Positions 63,773-64,000 of a stretch of 64,000 nt of DNA are shown here, piece by piece. The stretch spans positions 69,192,001-69,256,000 of the forward strand of contig CM126216.1 of assembly GCA_052327205.1 (NCBI GenBank), read 5' to 3'. The translations under genes and the position numbers were made by a program. The DNA comes from Somniosus microcephalus. Taxonomy: Eukaryota. Every line of letters starts with the position of its first letter. Position 1 is the first letter of the stretch. The notes under the pieces are model-generated. The model was not told the origin of the DNA and ran no database searches. It worked only from the letters and a program-made list of their open reading frames with translations.

Positions 63773-64000
63773 CTAAACCTTAAGAAAACAAGCAATGAAC
63801 CAGGCGCAGTTAAATCAAATTGCAACACATAATTGCACAGTTCAAAGACATCACTTTTATGGCCTTGATGACAGTTTCCGAAAGGCAAGTAAGTTTCTAT
63901 GATCACAAAATGTTATGAAGCTATTTTAAAAACAAATGCATTTAGAGTATTTGTGACTGGACTGTGTGCTGCAAAATTTTGACTGCTAAAGTTGATGTTT

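Overview
Vertebrate genomic DNA, most likely a cartilaginous fish (inferred from its CR1/L2/Penelope/Deu-SINE/Harbinger repeat repertoire). The + strand carries the last five coding exons and 3' UTR of WEE1 (687-8611; poly(A) signal ~9309), then the CpG-rich promoter and first four coding exons of SWAP70 (ATG 25215; exons at 44264, 50456, 62444). This is the same order and orientation as the human WEE1-SWAP70 pair. The rest is largely nested transposable elements plus a ~3.1 kb 30-bp minisatellite. I see no new multi-gene system. The best leads are: (1) a complete 2.8-kb hAT transposon with perfect TIRs and TSD whose transposase is broken by one stop codon; (2) two hAT MITEs inserted in opposite orientations at the same 8-bp site in two LINE copies; (3) a ~117-bp near-identical inverted copy of a locally deleted CR1 segment bracketing the WEE1 3' exons; (4) a GC-AG first intron in SWAP70; (5) a young tRNA-derived SINE with an (ACG)n tail; (6) Penelope minimal-hammerhead motifs, one in a 97-bp TSD-flanked insertion; (7) inverted Harbinger MITE copies flanking frame-symmetric SWAP70 exons. 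All alignments were done by eye, and boundaries of old repeats are approximate.
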